A DNA stretch of 64,000 nucleotides. Origin: Takakia lepidozioides (Eukaryota > Plantae > Bryophyta). A program made the position numbers and the translations under genes. Location of the stretch: positions 1,674,001 through 1,738,000 of the forward strand of contig CM060734.1 of NCBI GenBank assembly GCA_030704615.1, written 5' to 3'. The notes beneath the pieces are model-generated. The model ran no database searches. It was not told where the DNA came from and saw nothing but the letters and a program-made list of their open reading frames with translations. Of this stretch, positions 27,201-38,900 are shown piece after piece (the stretch's first letter is position 1; each line of letters opens with the position of its first letter).

Positions 27201-27900
27201 AGGCTGTTGGCATGGGAGGCATCTGTTGGTCTGTCGGAGCTCTCTGGAATTCCTCGGGCTCTGACTCCTCAGATTCCTCCCGTTCTTGAGCGGCCTTGTT
27301 TTCAAAAGCATGCATCGCTTCCTCAAACGGCCGCTTCGGTGACACGTCGCCCCCATCGGGCTCACTAGGATCATCATCTTTCGGGCCGTTCCGCTTTTGC
27401 TTTGGCTTGCCCGACCCCATGATGAGGCCGATCCCAAAGACGATCGCGTACTGAACTCTAAGCTCTGATACCAAGTGTCGCGCACCTCACTTCGGTAAGC
27501 TCCCCTTCAAGTCATAGTTACTCGCTTTGATGCGCGCGTCGAACTCCCAACCTGGCCGCGGAGCCAACTCGGAGCTTCGGCTACTCACCGGGACATAACG
27601 GTCCCCTTTTCTTCCCCCAAGACTCCCAAGACTCCCCACAACTCCCACCACAAGGTCTCCGCCCCATGGTGAGTCCTATGCCACCCCCCTAAGTCCGTTA
27701 AGCTACCACCACCCTCGTGGAACCACCCCCACCGCAACCCGGTGTGCGGGGCTCCACCTAGTGAGCGCCTCCGCCTCCTTGAGTGCCTTGGGCACTCAAG
27801 GGTGCTTCAGCCCCCGCATCTATTGTTGCCACCGCCCCCACCACAAGGGCAGCCCCTCTCGTGTCCCGACCCCCTGCCCTCAAGGCAAAGGGCCGCGACA
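21223..27900 (-). mobile_element. Ty3/Gypsy chromovirus inserted in the L1
   Basis: LTRs at 21223-21949 and 27476-27900 (TGTCGCG...CGCGACA). TSD GGATT/GGATC. PBS TGGTATCAGAGC on the minus strand at ~27462-27473. Order gag-PR-RT-RH-IN-chromodomain. Confidence 0.96.
22857..27423 (-). pseudogene. Gypsy gag-pol (frameshifted) with C-terminal chromodomain
   Basis: CFNCGEPGHMAKKC; LVDTRASHSF; [10 protein letters not shown]; MPFGLTNA; YIDDIL; TDASDFA; TDGQTER; GPF motif; YEVEAVFKSRR...VKWKGY...SW. Confidence 0.95.
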
Positions 27901-29704
27901 GGATCTGAAGAAATAAACCACACTCACCGTTCTTAGCTTACAAAGTCAAGACGGGGTATTTGTTGATGAATCCTGTTTCTTCTATGGACAATAAGTGGTC
28001 CCTCAAATGGGCCCATCTGGCCGACTGCCCATCTACCTTGAAGCTCATATGGAAAGATGTCTGGCGAAAAGACATGGCTGCTTGTGTCTTGGGATTTCTC
28101 TGGAAATTGGTCAACCGGATCCTTCCTGTTCGTTGCTATTTTCTTGACTCCCCTCAGGAACGCGTAGGATGCTCCTGGCAGGTCCTTGAATCCTTGGAAC
28201 ATTGCCTCTGTTTTTCCCTCTGGCCAGAGTCACTTGGTCCAAAATTGTGACTCCTCTTCACTCTCCCTCCCCTTCAATTCTGCTTCTAAATTTCCAAGCT
28301 GCCTCTCTTTGGTCCCCTTGCCCGGTGTGGGGAACGTTAAGGGCCCACACCTTATGGAATGTTTGGAAGGCTACGTGTGCTCTTGTTTTTTAGGGTAAAC
28401 CGAACTGTGTGAGGTCAGTCCTGTATAAGATTCACTCAAACATGATGTCTGAGGCCAGGAAGGCATGGCGGGTGTTGGGGATAGCTTCTAGCAGGTGTCA
28501 AGATAGACGCAGGGCACAACTCTTCGCAGAATTTGATAGTTCCTGGGGAAAAGGAGATCGTATTTGCTCTAGAGAATCCGACTCTAACGTGCTATGGAAG
28601 GATAGATCCCGCCAAGTTGGCAGCTCCCCCTGTAGATGCATATATTGGTACACTTTTCTTTTCAGATCGTTTTTTATCATAAGACAAGCGGTTTCGGCAT
28701 TGTACTGCCAAAACAGGTTAGTTTGTTAGTTGTCTGGAAATCGTTGGTAAAGCACGTAGGAAATTAGATAGTGTCTGTGACGACCATGGAGTGGAACTTT
28801 GGCGTCAAGATGACCGTAAGAAGCTGCATTGATAGCAGATTAGGCTGTCAATTCGGTACCAGAAACGACAAGTTAATCCTGTTGAAACAACACAGGACGA
28901 CTGTTCCAGTCCCAGATTGCGATCTCTCTTTTCTCCCGCCTTTCAAGTCTAGTAGGAACACATGGCGAGGAGCTTGGCAATTGGTGGAAGCGACATGTAC
29001 AGCGATGGAATATCGCAACAAAACAATTGGCCGCATCGGAATGACAGCAGGTCAGGACGACTTCAAACGGCAAAGCGTGGACTTGTTAGCGGTGCGGAAC
29101 AACTGGAGGGGACTCCGGACAACCTATGACTCAGTGGCAAGGTCAAAGACCCCAGAGCCATCACCAGGGATTTGAATTCCAAAAATACCACAAAATCTAT
29201 GTGTAGCGAAAATACGACGAATGGCGAGAAGCGCATCTTTTTACTACCAATGGAGCTGAGAATTTACAGGCTGATACAAGGTATATAATTGTAGTTTGTC
29301 ACCAAGTTTGGTGATTTACGAAGCTGATTAGCAGCGGGGCCAAATTATTGAGTTGGCGGCACTCACGGGGCCTATTATTTGCATTTCTACTTCTTGGATG
29401 GATGAAAAATCCTGGAATTCGCCTTGAGGAGCTGGATGGATGAAATGACAACTCGCGCCAACTGGTCATCCAATTGGATGGATGAAAAGCCAGCTTTCAT
29501 TTGCCTCTAAGACTTTTCATCCATGTTGAATATTATATTATAGATTCGCCAAGGAAACAATAGGTTAATGAATATTTTCTTCTCTTGCTCAGTTTCCTCT
29601 TGTTGTTGTAGTGTTGTTAGTTTGAGGCTTGAGGAGGCTAGATCCTAGGGAGTGGAGCTTGAAGCTCCCTAGTTAGGTAGAATTCTTGTGAGCTAAGGCA
29701 AGTG

Positions 29705-32700
29705 TTACGGCGGGGCCCGCATGTGGGAGAGGGGGTCGCGACGGGTGGGGCGCCCCCTACCCGCCGGGGTCAGTCTGCTCGGGTGAGCCGTCCCGGGGCG
29801 CGCGTAGGGGAAGCGAGAGGGGGGGAGTGAGTCTGTTGGGCCCACAAAACACCTGAAATACATAGATAATTAATTAATTATCTCGAGGGTTTGTAGAAAG
29901 CAGTGGGTAGTGTGGTGGTAAAGAGCAACTTGTGATGAATGTGAGGTTTGGTTTTCAAATCTTGGCAGGTGATATTGTGGCGGTAATGTGTGTTAATTAT
30001 AAGTATATATTTTGTTTGAGGAGGGTCTGAAGGTTGGAGTTAGGCGCTCGCCAGTTGGAGTCCGTTGGTCAGTCCACTCGTCAATCGCCAGTCTACTGGT
30101 GAGTCCGCTTGCCAATCGCCAGTAGGAGTCCGATCTCTTCCGGACGAGCAGGGACGCATTCACCTGTACCTCCTTGGGTGAAATACCTGCAGGTTTAGCC
30201 AACTTGCGAGCAGAGATAGCATCCCTAGGGTTATCCACATAAGCTGGACAATCTGCTTTAACATGGCCCTGTTTATGGCATTTGTGACACACAACATAAA
30301 GCACCTCTTCCTGGGTGACGACCGAGATGAAGGAACCATCCAAGGATGGGAGCTTGATGGATTTGGGGATGATGGCCGATTCGGGCATCAATACGACGAT
30401 GTGCGGAACTCCACTATCTTTGAAGTCATCATTTGGAGCAGCTATGTCGTTGTCGCTTTTGCGGGGATCAGAGCTCGTGATGGTTAGGAAGAATTGAACC
30501 AACGAACGAGCCAAAATTGGCACCAGTTTCAGGCAGCGAGCGGAGGTAATTACCTGGAAGGAAGGGCAACGCAATAACCCGAGGGCGATAAGTGATACCA
30601 CCTTTGTGCCCCAATCCTTAGTCCATGGAAAAATGTTGATTCTAAAACGGGATTTAGCAGGGTTGAACTCAAGCGCCTTCTCTACGAACTCCGGAGAAGA
30701 GAACATGAGAGAGTAAAAACTGCGGCCGAGGGGATACAAAAGTGCTAGGTGAGCTCACCTTTGGTGCTGGGTTCCTGCGCCCATCGACGGGCCCAAAACC
30801 TATCACGCGCACGACCCGGAAAATGCACTAGAATACCCGTTTCCTTCAGAAGGAGCGAGTGCTCTTTGACGAGTTCCAGGTCCAGCTTGAAAATTGGCTG
30901 GTTCTCGTCTACCACCCCTGCAGACTCACTCCACATCTGAATAGAGCTATCAGCAACCAAGTCAAGAGCTGGAGGCCCATTTCCCAAAACCCCTGGGCCG
31001 TTGTTGTTGTTGCGTAGCGGACATGAATCTCTAAAGAGCAGATGAGAAGCTTTGAACTAACCGAAGGGGGACGAGAAGGGAAAGAGCAGAACGAGGGAAG
31101 AAAAGTCCACAAAAAAGAGAGATGACTCCGGCCGAAGCCGGCATAACTAAGAGCCACTTCGCCTCGCAGCTACTGCCCCTTTTCGGGGGTGGGCTCTATG
31201 AAACTAGAGGGTGCCCGGGGGGGACCCAGCAACCAAAGGAGAAAGCGTACCCGGGGGTACCTAAGAGATAGCGGGTAGATTGGATTCAAGCTGCCTTTTG
31301 TTAGTGATAATAGCAGTGAGAGAGCGTATCGCCGTCAGATGGATTGCTTTAAAGCATTTGTGTATGGGGGAGAAAGGGATTTTGAGGTTTTCGTGAAGAG
31401 CAGAGATGTTAGCATTGTGAATGCCGCCTCTGGTGTCGGCGGTAATGACAGTTAGGGGGCCTGTGGACCAGCCACGCTGGCGTATTGCGAGGATGAGCGG
31501 GGCGTATTTTTGACGTTTTTCTAGAGTGGAAGAGCTGGGGTAGCGGTCATTACAGTATGTGAATTCGATAAAGTGAATGGTGAGGTTGGGGATGGGGTGC
31601 TAGGCCGTGGTGCGTATATGGGCAGCCCATACACTCGTAGAATGTCCGGACAGAGTCTAGCGGGGCATGCATAGGGTGGGGGTAATTGGCAGGAGCATGG
31701 CAGTAGCCATGAGGGTATAGTGTGGTCAGGGGGCCTGCCCTGGTAGGTTCCAGCATTGATGAGTGAGAACCAGTGTGTTTCAGGCCGTCGTAACAGAAGT
31801 TTATGGATGTGCCAGACGACATGGTTGTGTCGAGTAATACGAAGGCCATGAATGACGGGATGTGTGCATTGGCTAAGCAGGTGAAGCCAAGTGTCGCGGG
31901 TTGAGTGGGTGCTAGCAGAGAGCGGACAATTTGGGGAGGGAAAACGGTGGGGCCAGAAGACGTGTTTCCGCTGGTGGCCCATGTACTATGCATATCTGAA
32001 TTTAAGGGTCTGTCTTATTTGAGCATCGGTTGCAAGATTAGTGTGCTAGAAGTGATTAGACAGTTTATGGTTCAGTACTGAGGATTGTGTCCATTTCTGG
32101 ATGTGTAGTTTAGTGTGGCTAGCGGAAGTTGAGGCTTGCTTGCTAGTTTCTCGAGTAAGGGAGGTAAAGAGGTTCCGGATAGGACAAGGTTCCGGGGGGC
32201 CAGGAACGGGGTGGATGAACCAGAATGGATTGGCATGGGCAACATGGATGGGGTCTAGAGTGGGATCCATCGGGGGCCGGGTGGCCCCACGTTGGGCAAA
32301 GAGGTCAGCCATTTCGTTGCCAGTGATACCAGTGTACGAGCGAACTTTGAGAAAGTGGATGGGTTGGTTCAGGGAGATAGCAAGATGGACAATGGCGGCA
32401 ATGAGGTTACCTCACGGTGGTGGTGGTGCGAGGAAGGGCGGGAGAGGTGGTTACGGATGAGAAAGAGTGAGGTAAGGCTATCGGTAAAGATATAGTGGGG
32501 TGGGGGCAGTTGGATGAGGGTATCATGGATGGCCATGAGTTCGGCACGAAGGATGTTGGCTGGGCCGGGAAGGCGCAGGGCAATCCCTTGGTTGGTAGCG
32601 GCATGGTAAATACCATATCCAGCCCTGGGGCCCGCTATGAGGGATCCGTCAGTGTAGTGGGAGTGGGCAGGTGGGTACTTAAGAGGTAGAACCTGGTGGG

Positions 32701-34410
32701 ATAGCGGGGGTTCACTATGAGCGGGCATGATAAGTGAGATGGGGGGGGCAGGGTAGCGCTTTAGACCATGTTTTACCTGGGTTTATTCTGAGGTAAGGGC
32801 CGGGAGTAGCGGGTCGGGTTCGAGTGGGGGGACAGGAAATGTAGTTGCTTTTATGCCATGCATGTCTGTTAGGAGGCGAGTAAGGCGGGAAGGAAAGTCG
32901 TTGGGTATGGTGGAAGCGGTGGGGGTGTGATGGACAAGTAATATTAGGGTTAGGGTGGGTTCCCGGTGTTTTAGGTATTTGGGAAAGGGCGGGGTGCGGG
33001 AGTATTTGATCTGGTCTGGGTCGATAGTAGCTAAAGGTGTGACCTCGGGGGGGAGGTGGAGGAGAGGGTGCCTAGAGGTCGGCAGTTGTTGGTGTGTTAG
33101 AAGAAGGATGGTGGCGGCGGCGGAGGGGGAGGATTGGGCCGCGAGGCGAGCCCATTGGAGAGCATCGTGCGCGAATAACCAAGGGGGTGGATGTGCAAGC
33201 CCGCAACCAGTCCAGGTATGTTGTGTGGCAGAGCCGGAGGCTCCAAATATGCAGTCCCCGGGGTGGGGGCTAGAGTATGACGAGAGCTCCATCGGGCATG
33301 TGAGCGGGCTAGAGTAATAGGAGTGTGTGATTTGAAAAGAGGTTATAAGAAATGATAGGATGTCAGGTGGGAGGGTGGTATGAGAGTAGGCTTGTGTTAG
33401 CTTGTGGGGGGTGCTGGGTTTTTTGTGGGGGGTATCACCTAAGTACCGGTCAACAAGCCAGCAGACTTCTGTAGCAAAGTCTTGCCTAGGGGGCAGTAGC
33501 TGACTGGGTAACGGGTTGGATTTGAGAATTTGTGCCATAGCCAAGTGAGTCTGTCGTTGGGGATGAGTCCAATGTAACGGCCGTAAAGAGCGTATAGACT
33601 GGACATATGTTTGCCAAAGCGTATTATGGGGGGGATGTGCATGATATCTTTGTTAGGGTTGCATTTCGTGATGCATACATGCACCTCAGGAGCAACTAGG
33701 GGGTTATGCACATATCGGGCGTCCAACAACTGGGTTTGGGAAGAATGTTGTTGGTGTATATGAGCTAGGTAGTTGGTGTTAGTTGTTTTATGGAATGCGG
33801 TGAGGAGGTCAAGGTTATGGGCCCGGTCATAGTCGTCATGGGACCCAAAAAGGTCATCCTCTGTTTGCCAGGTGTTGTCTTCTGGTGGGTAGCCAGCCCA
33901 TTTACATAGATAGAAAGTATCAAGGCATGTGGCGCCAAGCTCATCGGTAGAGGTTTGAGTTTTGATCCCTAAAATAGCTTCAATAATGAAGGCTTCCGGA
34001 TTGTCATGATTGGTAGAGTGTGGGGTTAGGAGTAGAGGCGGGTGAGCTAGGGACAACGGGGTGTGGGGGGTAGCCGGGCCGGAAGAGGTGGGTGTGGTCA
34101 AGATTGACCCTGTCTCATGGATGGGGGCAGGGTGGTAGGGGGGGGGGGGGCAGTAGTTGTAGGATGTATGTTAGTTGTAGAAGCTTTGAGCATATGGAGA
34201 ATAGAAGAAGTTGGGGTTGTTCTATATTGAGGGAGGAGACTTGTTTGTTATGGGGGAAGAGTGTGCAGGAAGTGGTCATATGGCAGAAAAGGGAACGAAG
34301 GTGGGATAGGTATCGGCAAGTTTTGACAGTAGCGCTGGAATATTTGAGGGTGAACTCGCTAGGAGTGAGTAGTCTGTAGCTAGAGGTTGTGGTGAGTTGG
34401 GCAAGTGTCG
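29705..34410 (-). mobile_element. 3' part of a Dualen/RandI-like non-LTR retrotransposon (chromodomain, MTase-like domain, RNase H, CCHC, REL)
   Basis: Chromodomain FIIEAIL...YLCKWAGY...NTWQ. RNase H YTDGS, RAELMAI, IFTDSL, GNEMAD. Zinc knuckle CPL...DTWLHLLSQC, then RHNHVV and PDIL of a restriction-like endonuclease. RT is absent. Confidence 0.75.
30005..31330 (-). pseudogene. L1 ORF1 fragment nested in the Dualen-like element
   Basis: LYPLGRSFYSLMFSS (DUF4283-like) and zinc knuckle CHKCHKQGHVKADC. Its 3' end shares the ACTGGCGATTGGC repeats and CCTCAAACAAAAT with 17590-17705. Confidence 0.8.
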
Positions 34411-34422
34411 TGATGTGCAGTT

Positions 34423-35977
34423 ATGACTAGGCAGCAAAGAGATACGCTAGGTAAAGGACCTGGGTATGTGGTGCCTGAGTCCACGTCCTCTGCCTCGGAG
34501 CAGGACGATTTAGATTTTGCCATGATGAAGTCTGATACGCAGAAGGTAGCAACGACACTGCTTCGCAAAGAAGACAACATACGACCGAAGGAGAAGGAGG
34601 TGGCATTTGCAGAAGCAGACCCCTTAGTGGTGAAATCAACGCCCTCCCTTCCACCCGTGGCAAGACCGAAGGTTTCGGCATTTCGACCGGCAGTATCGGC
34701 AAGGTTGCCCAAAAGAAGAACATCCTCGACCATGCGGTTCACCGACGAGCTAGAGCCATACAATCTACTGGAGGATCTGCGCCACATTCAGGCAAACATT
34801 ACTCTTGCCCAACTCATTACTATGGTGCCAACAATTCGGCATGCACTCAAGGCTTCATTAGTGAGGAAAAGGATTGGACATTCAGCCCAATCTCATCATA
34901 TCAACGCGCAAGTCGATCCGGGACCAGTCGAGATTGAAGTGAAGATCGTTGACTGCATGTTTAGTGGATGGCGAGAGTTCGGTAAACATCATGCCTCTCT
35001 CCACCTTGTCCAAGTTAGGATTGAACGTGACAATGGAATCCCCCTTGACTATCAAGATGGCCGATCAACGGAGGATCAGGCCCGTGGGCCACATAGTGAA
35101 CGTCAAAATGAAGACGGGTGGCTACACGTACGCGGTGGACTTTCAAATCATTGACTTTCCCATCGACGAATATTCTTACGCCCTCCTATTGGGGAGGCCA
35201 TGGTTGGTCCAGTCTCGAGCACGAACGGACTGGGGGGCACGCACCATCACTTACGGGGTAAGACCTTACATTACTACTGTTGCATTTCTTTCAAGGGCAC
35301 CTCATGTCATTACGGATGAGGATCAGTTCAATGGCGCAATCGGCTCCGATGAAGAGTTTGCTGACTTGAGCGAAGAAGATTTGTGGTCAGATGAGGAAAT
35401 TCCTCCGAAGCCACATGCTCACCGAGTACTGGCAACAACTACCGCGCCTCGCAGGGAGGTTAAGCGAAGGAAGGTAGGACTAGAGGATGCAGTCAGGTCC
35501 CTAGGTCCGGGATTATACAAATACGAGTCTGATGCGGACTGCATCGCCTGGTTGTTTGGAGAAAACCAAGGCAAGGAGGTGATGGTACACTCGGTAGCAA
35601 CCGATGCACTTCCAGAGTTTGAATTACTGACCGAGCTCTTTTCCCTATTCGTTGAACAGGTTGGTTTGCAGGAACAGGAGGTTCCTCAGGAGGAGAACGG
35701 CGAGATAGTTGACATGAAAATTGTGGAAGAGGCTGACCTAGAGAGGGATGTCATTAGACATAGCACCCCCTACACTCCATTTTTGCAGCAGGGTTTGAAT
35801 GGATCCAAATTTGAGCCTGGATCAATCTTTACGTCGGAGCCAGCAACGCAATTGGTCGACACGTTGATGGAGGATGAGGCGCTTTCTAGGATGACAAGTG
35901 AGGAAGCCCAATGGGGCTCTAAACAAGTGTCAATGTCCCAGCTGCCACTACCTCAAGAGTTTCGAGACATGGGGTAG
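34423..35977 (+). pseudogene. Non-chromoviral Gypsy gag C-terminus / aspartic protease fragment
   Basis: YNLLEDL...ANITLAQL; LVDGESSVNIM; IKMAD; LLLGRPWL; one frameshift near 34950. Confidence 0.8.
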
Positions 35978-38900
35978 ATGTTCGTTGCAGCTGGAGACAC
36001 TACGGGGAGAGGCATTCCCCAATCTGGTGAATGGTGTCCGGTGCAAGGACTACTACATGTGAGTTCCATTAACCAATGAATTCCCCCCCACTAAGGGAGA
36101 GATCTTTAGGATTTCATCCCGGTTTGTTGGAAGGAAATGTTGGTATTTCCTATCCATTGACTCATTGGTTATTGGAGCTCCACAACGAGGTGGAGTGTGG
36201 GGCAACTAAATTGCAATAATCCAATGAAATTTCTCCAATGGGGCTCTTACCCAAGTAGGTTATTGACACCCTTTCTTGGAGTTCCAAGGGTAGATCTTGG
36301 GATGCGGGGCAACGCAGTTGCATTAAAGAGGTGGTTTGTTCTCCAAAGTGAATTATCGAGTAGTTATTGGAATCCACAAGGACAGACCTTGGGTGCGGGG
36401 CACATAGAGTGCAGTAATCTAACCCACCTTGTAGAATTAGAATTCGTTTGATATGGCATAAGCTATGAAAGCTATGACCATCCAATTGCCAAGTAGAAGA
36501 CTTCATACATCTTCGTTATTAATCACGTGTTGTGAGTTTCTTTTCTTCTTCACCAAGTGAAGAACCACAGGTGCAGGAATGGGAACAATGGGTTGGCTAA
36601 TATATGCACTCTTGTTCAATGCACACTGTTGATCATCATTTGTTTTTTTATCACAGAGTAAATCTGTGTCTGCTCAAGCATATCTCGAGAAAAAGTAAAT
36701 GCTTGTTGTATCAAGCATTTTGCAGTATACGGATGCTCCCTGCATGGAGCACAGCGACTTCCCGCATGGGGATTCTAACCTTAAACCTTTTGTCATTTTC
36801 ACCTTACCCCGCTGCAGCATTCCTCGTAGAGAGAGAAAAGTCAGAAGCAGTGAGGGGGTAAAAGGTGAGTTGTAGAGCAGTGGTTGCTGCTCCCCTCACA
36901 TGAGTGAAGGGCGTCAGGCACAGGAAAACCCAAAAGGGCCTGTGACCTCTTCAGATAGAATGATACATTGTTCCAGAGTATGGTCCTCTAAGGTTCAGAA
37001 TGGATCCAGTCGTTTCTTACGTCAAGAATTTCATCATGAGCTCTGCGAAATCCATGAGAGGTCCCTGCGAGTCATGAACCAAGTTAGATTGTAGTTAGAA
37101 ATGGTGCGTCTATTTCATGGGTAGGATCCTCGGGTATCCAATCTTTTCTGTTGTTACAGGAGCCAAGAATTAGGACTCCCAGAAGCATCTTGTTTAGGAG
37201 CATTTAGGCCCGTCCGAGCTCGAGTCGAGGCCCCAACATGTTACAATGAGCTGTGCACATCCATAAGAGGTCCCTGCAAGCCATGTCAAGTAGGGTAGAA
37301 CCAAAGTCCTTCCAAGGCTATTTTAGAGTAGAATCGTCAATTTGCACCGCACATATCTCTCTTACATCATCTAGGGGATTCGAACCCAGTCCTGTGGGGG
37401 AGAATGGTGGTTTTGAAGTATTTTATATCTGGGAACTCCAACTCTCTCCGAAGAGGGCGAGCTGGGTGGTTTTGAAACATTTTTTGGCTTTTGCTTTTAT
37501 TTCCTCCTCTCTCCCGGAAGACTCGAACTCTCTCCGAGGAGGAAGAGCCTGAGGGGAATTATTCTTATCTTTACTCAAGGGAGTCGTTGACTCCAATGGA
37601 TATCAAGGATACCCTAGTAGGGGGATTTTACGAACAGATCCTGGATTCTCTTACACTTGGGACGAATGTTCCCCATTGGTCGCCATATATGTAGATGCAT
37701 ATATTGGTACACTTTTCTTTTCAGATCGTTTTTGATCATAAAACAAGCGGTTTCGGCATTGTACCGCCAAAACAAGTTAGTTTGTTAATTATCTGGAAAT
37801 CGTTGGTAAAGCACATAGGAAATTAGATAGTGTCTGCGATGAACATGGAGTGGAACTCTGGCGTCAAGATGACCGTAGGAAGCTGCATCGATAGCAGATT
37901 AGGCTGCCAATTCGGTACCAGAAACGGCAAGTTAATCCTGTTGAAACAATATAGGACGACTGTTCCAGTCCCAGATTGCGATCTCTCTTTTCTCCCGCCT
38001 TTCAAGTCCAGTAGGAACACACGGCGAGGAGCTTGGCAATTGGTGGAAGCGACATGTACAGCGATGGAATATCGCAACAAAGCAATTGGCCGCATCGGAA
38101 TGACAGCAGGTCAGGACGACTTCAAACGGCAAAGCGTGGACTTGTTAGCGGTGCGGGACAGCTGGAGGGGACTCCGGAAAACCTATGACTCAATGGCAGG
38201 GTCAAAGACCCCAGAGCCATCACCAGGGATTTGATTTCCAAAAATACCACAAAATCAGTGTGTAGCGAAAATACGACGAATGGCGAGAAGTGCAACCTTT
38301 TACCACCGATGGAGCTGAGAATTTACAGGCTGATACAAGGTATATAATTGTAGTTTGTCACCAAGTTTGGTGATTTATGGAGCTGATTAGCAGCGGGGCC
38401 AAATTATTGAGTCGACAGCACTCACGGGGCCCATTATTTGCATTTCTACTTTTTGGATGGATGAAAAATCCTGGAATTCGCCTTGAGAAGCTGGATGGAT
38501 GAAATGACAACTCACGCCAACTGGTCATCCAATTGGATGGATGAAAAGCCAGCTTTCATTTGCCTCTAAGACTTTTCATCCATGTTGAATATTATATTAT
38601 AGATCCTCCAAGGAAACAATAGTTTAATGAATATTTTCCATTAGTCTCAAAAACAGTATAAAAGAAGGGCAAGGCTTCCCTTGTTCTTCATCTAGTTCTT
38701 CTCTTGCTTAGTTTCCTCTTGTTGTTGTAGTGTTGTTAGTTTGAGGCTTGAGGAGGCTAGATCCTAGGGAGTGGAGCTTGAAGCTCCATAGTTAGGTAGA
38801 ATTCTTGTGATTTAAGGCAAGTGGCCTAGCTTGTGGGCCTTTGAGCCATTTCATTTGTGAAGGAAGAGGGCAATTTCATGTAGAGGAAAGTGACTTGAGG

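Noticed and set aside
29963-29987. Resemblance to a T-DNA border (TGGCAGGTGATATTGTGGCGGTAAT)
   Set aside because: About 19/25 match with changes in the conserved core, no T-DNA genes nearby, and it lies in the apparent 3' part of the Dualen-like element.
28771-38234. Duplicated 134-aa ORF (28771-29175 and 37830-38234)
   Set aside because: Both copies are in LTRs, start with GTG, lack motifs and differ by many amino-acid changes.
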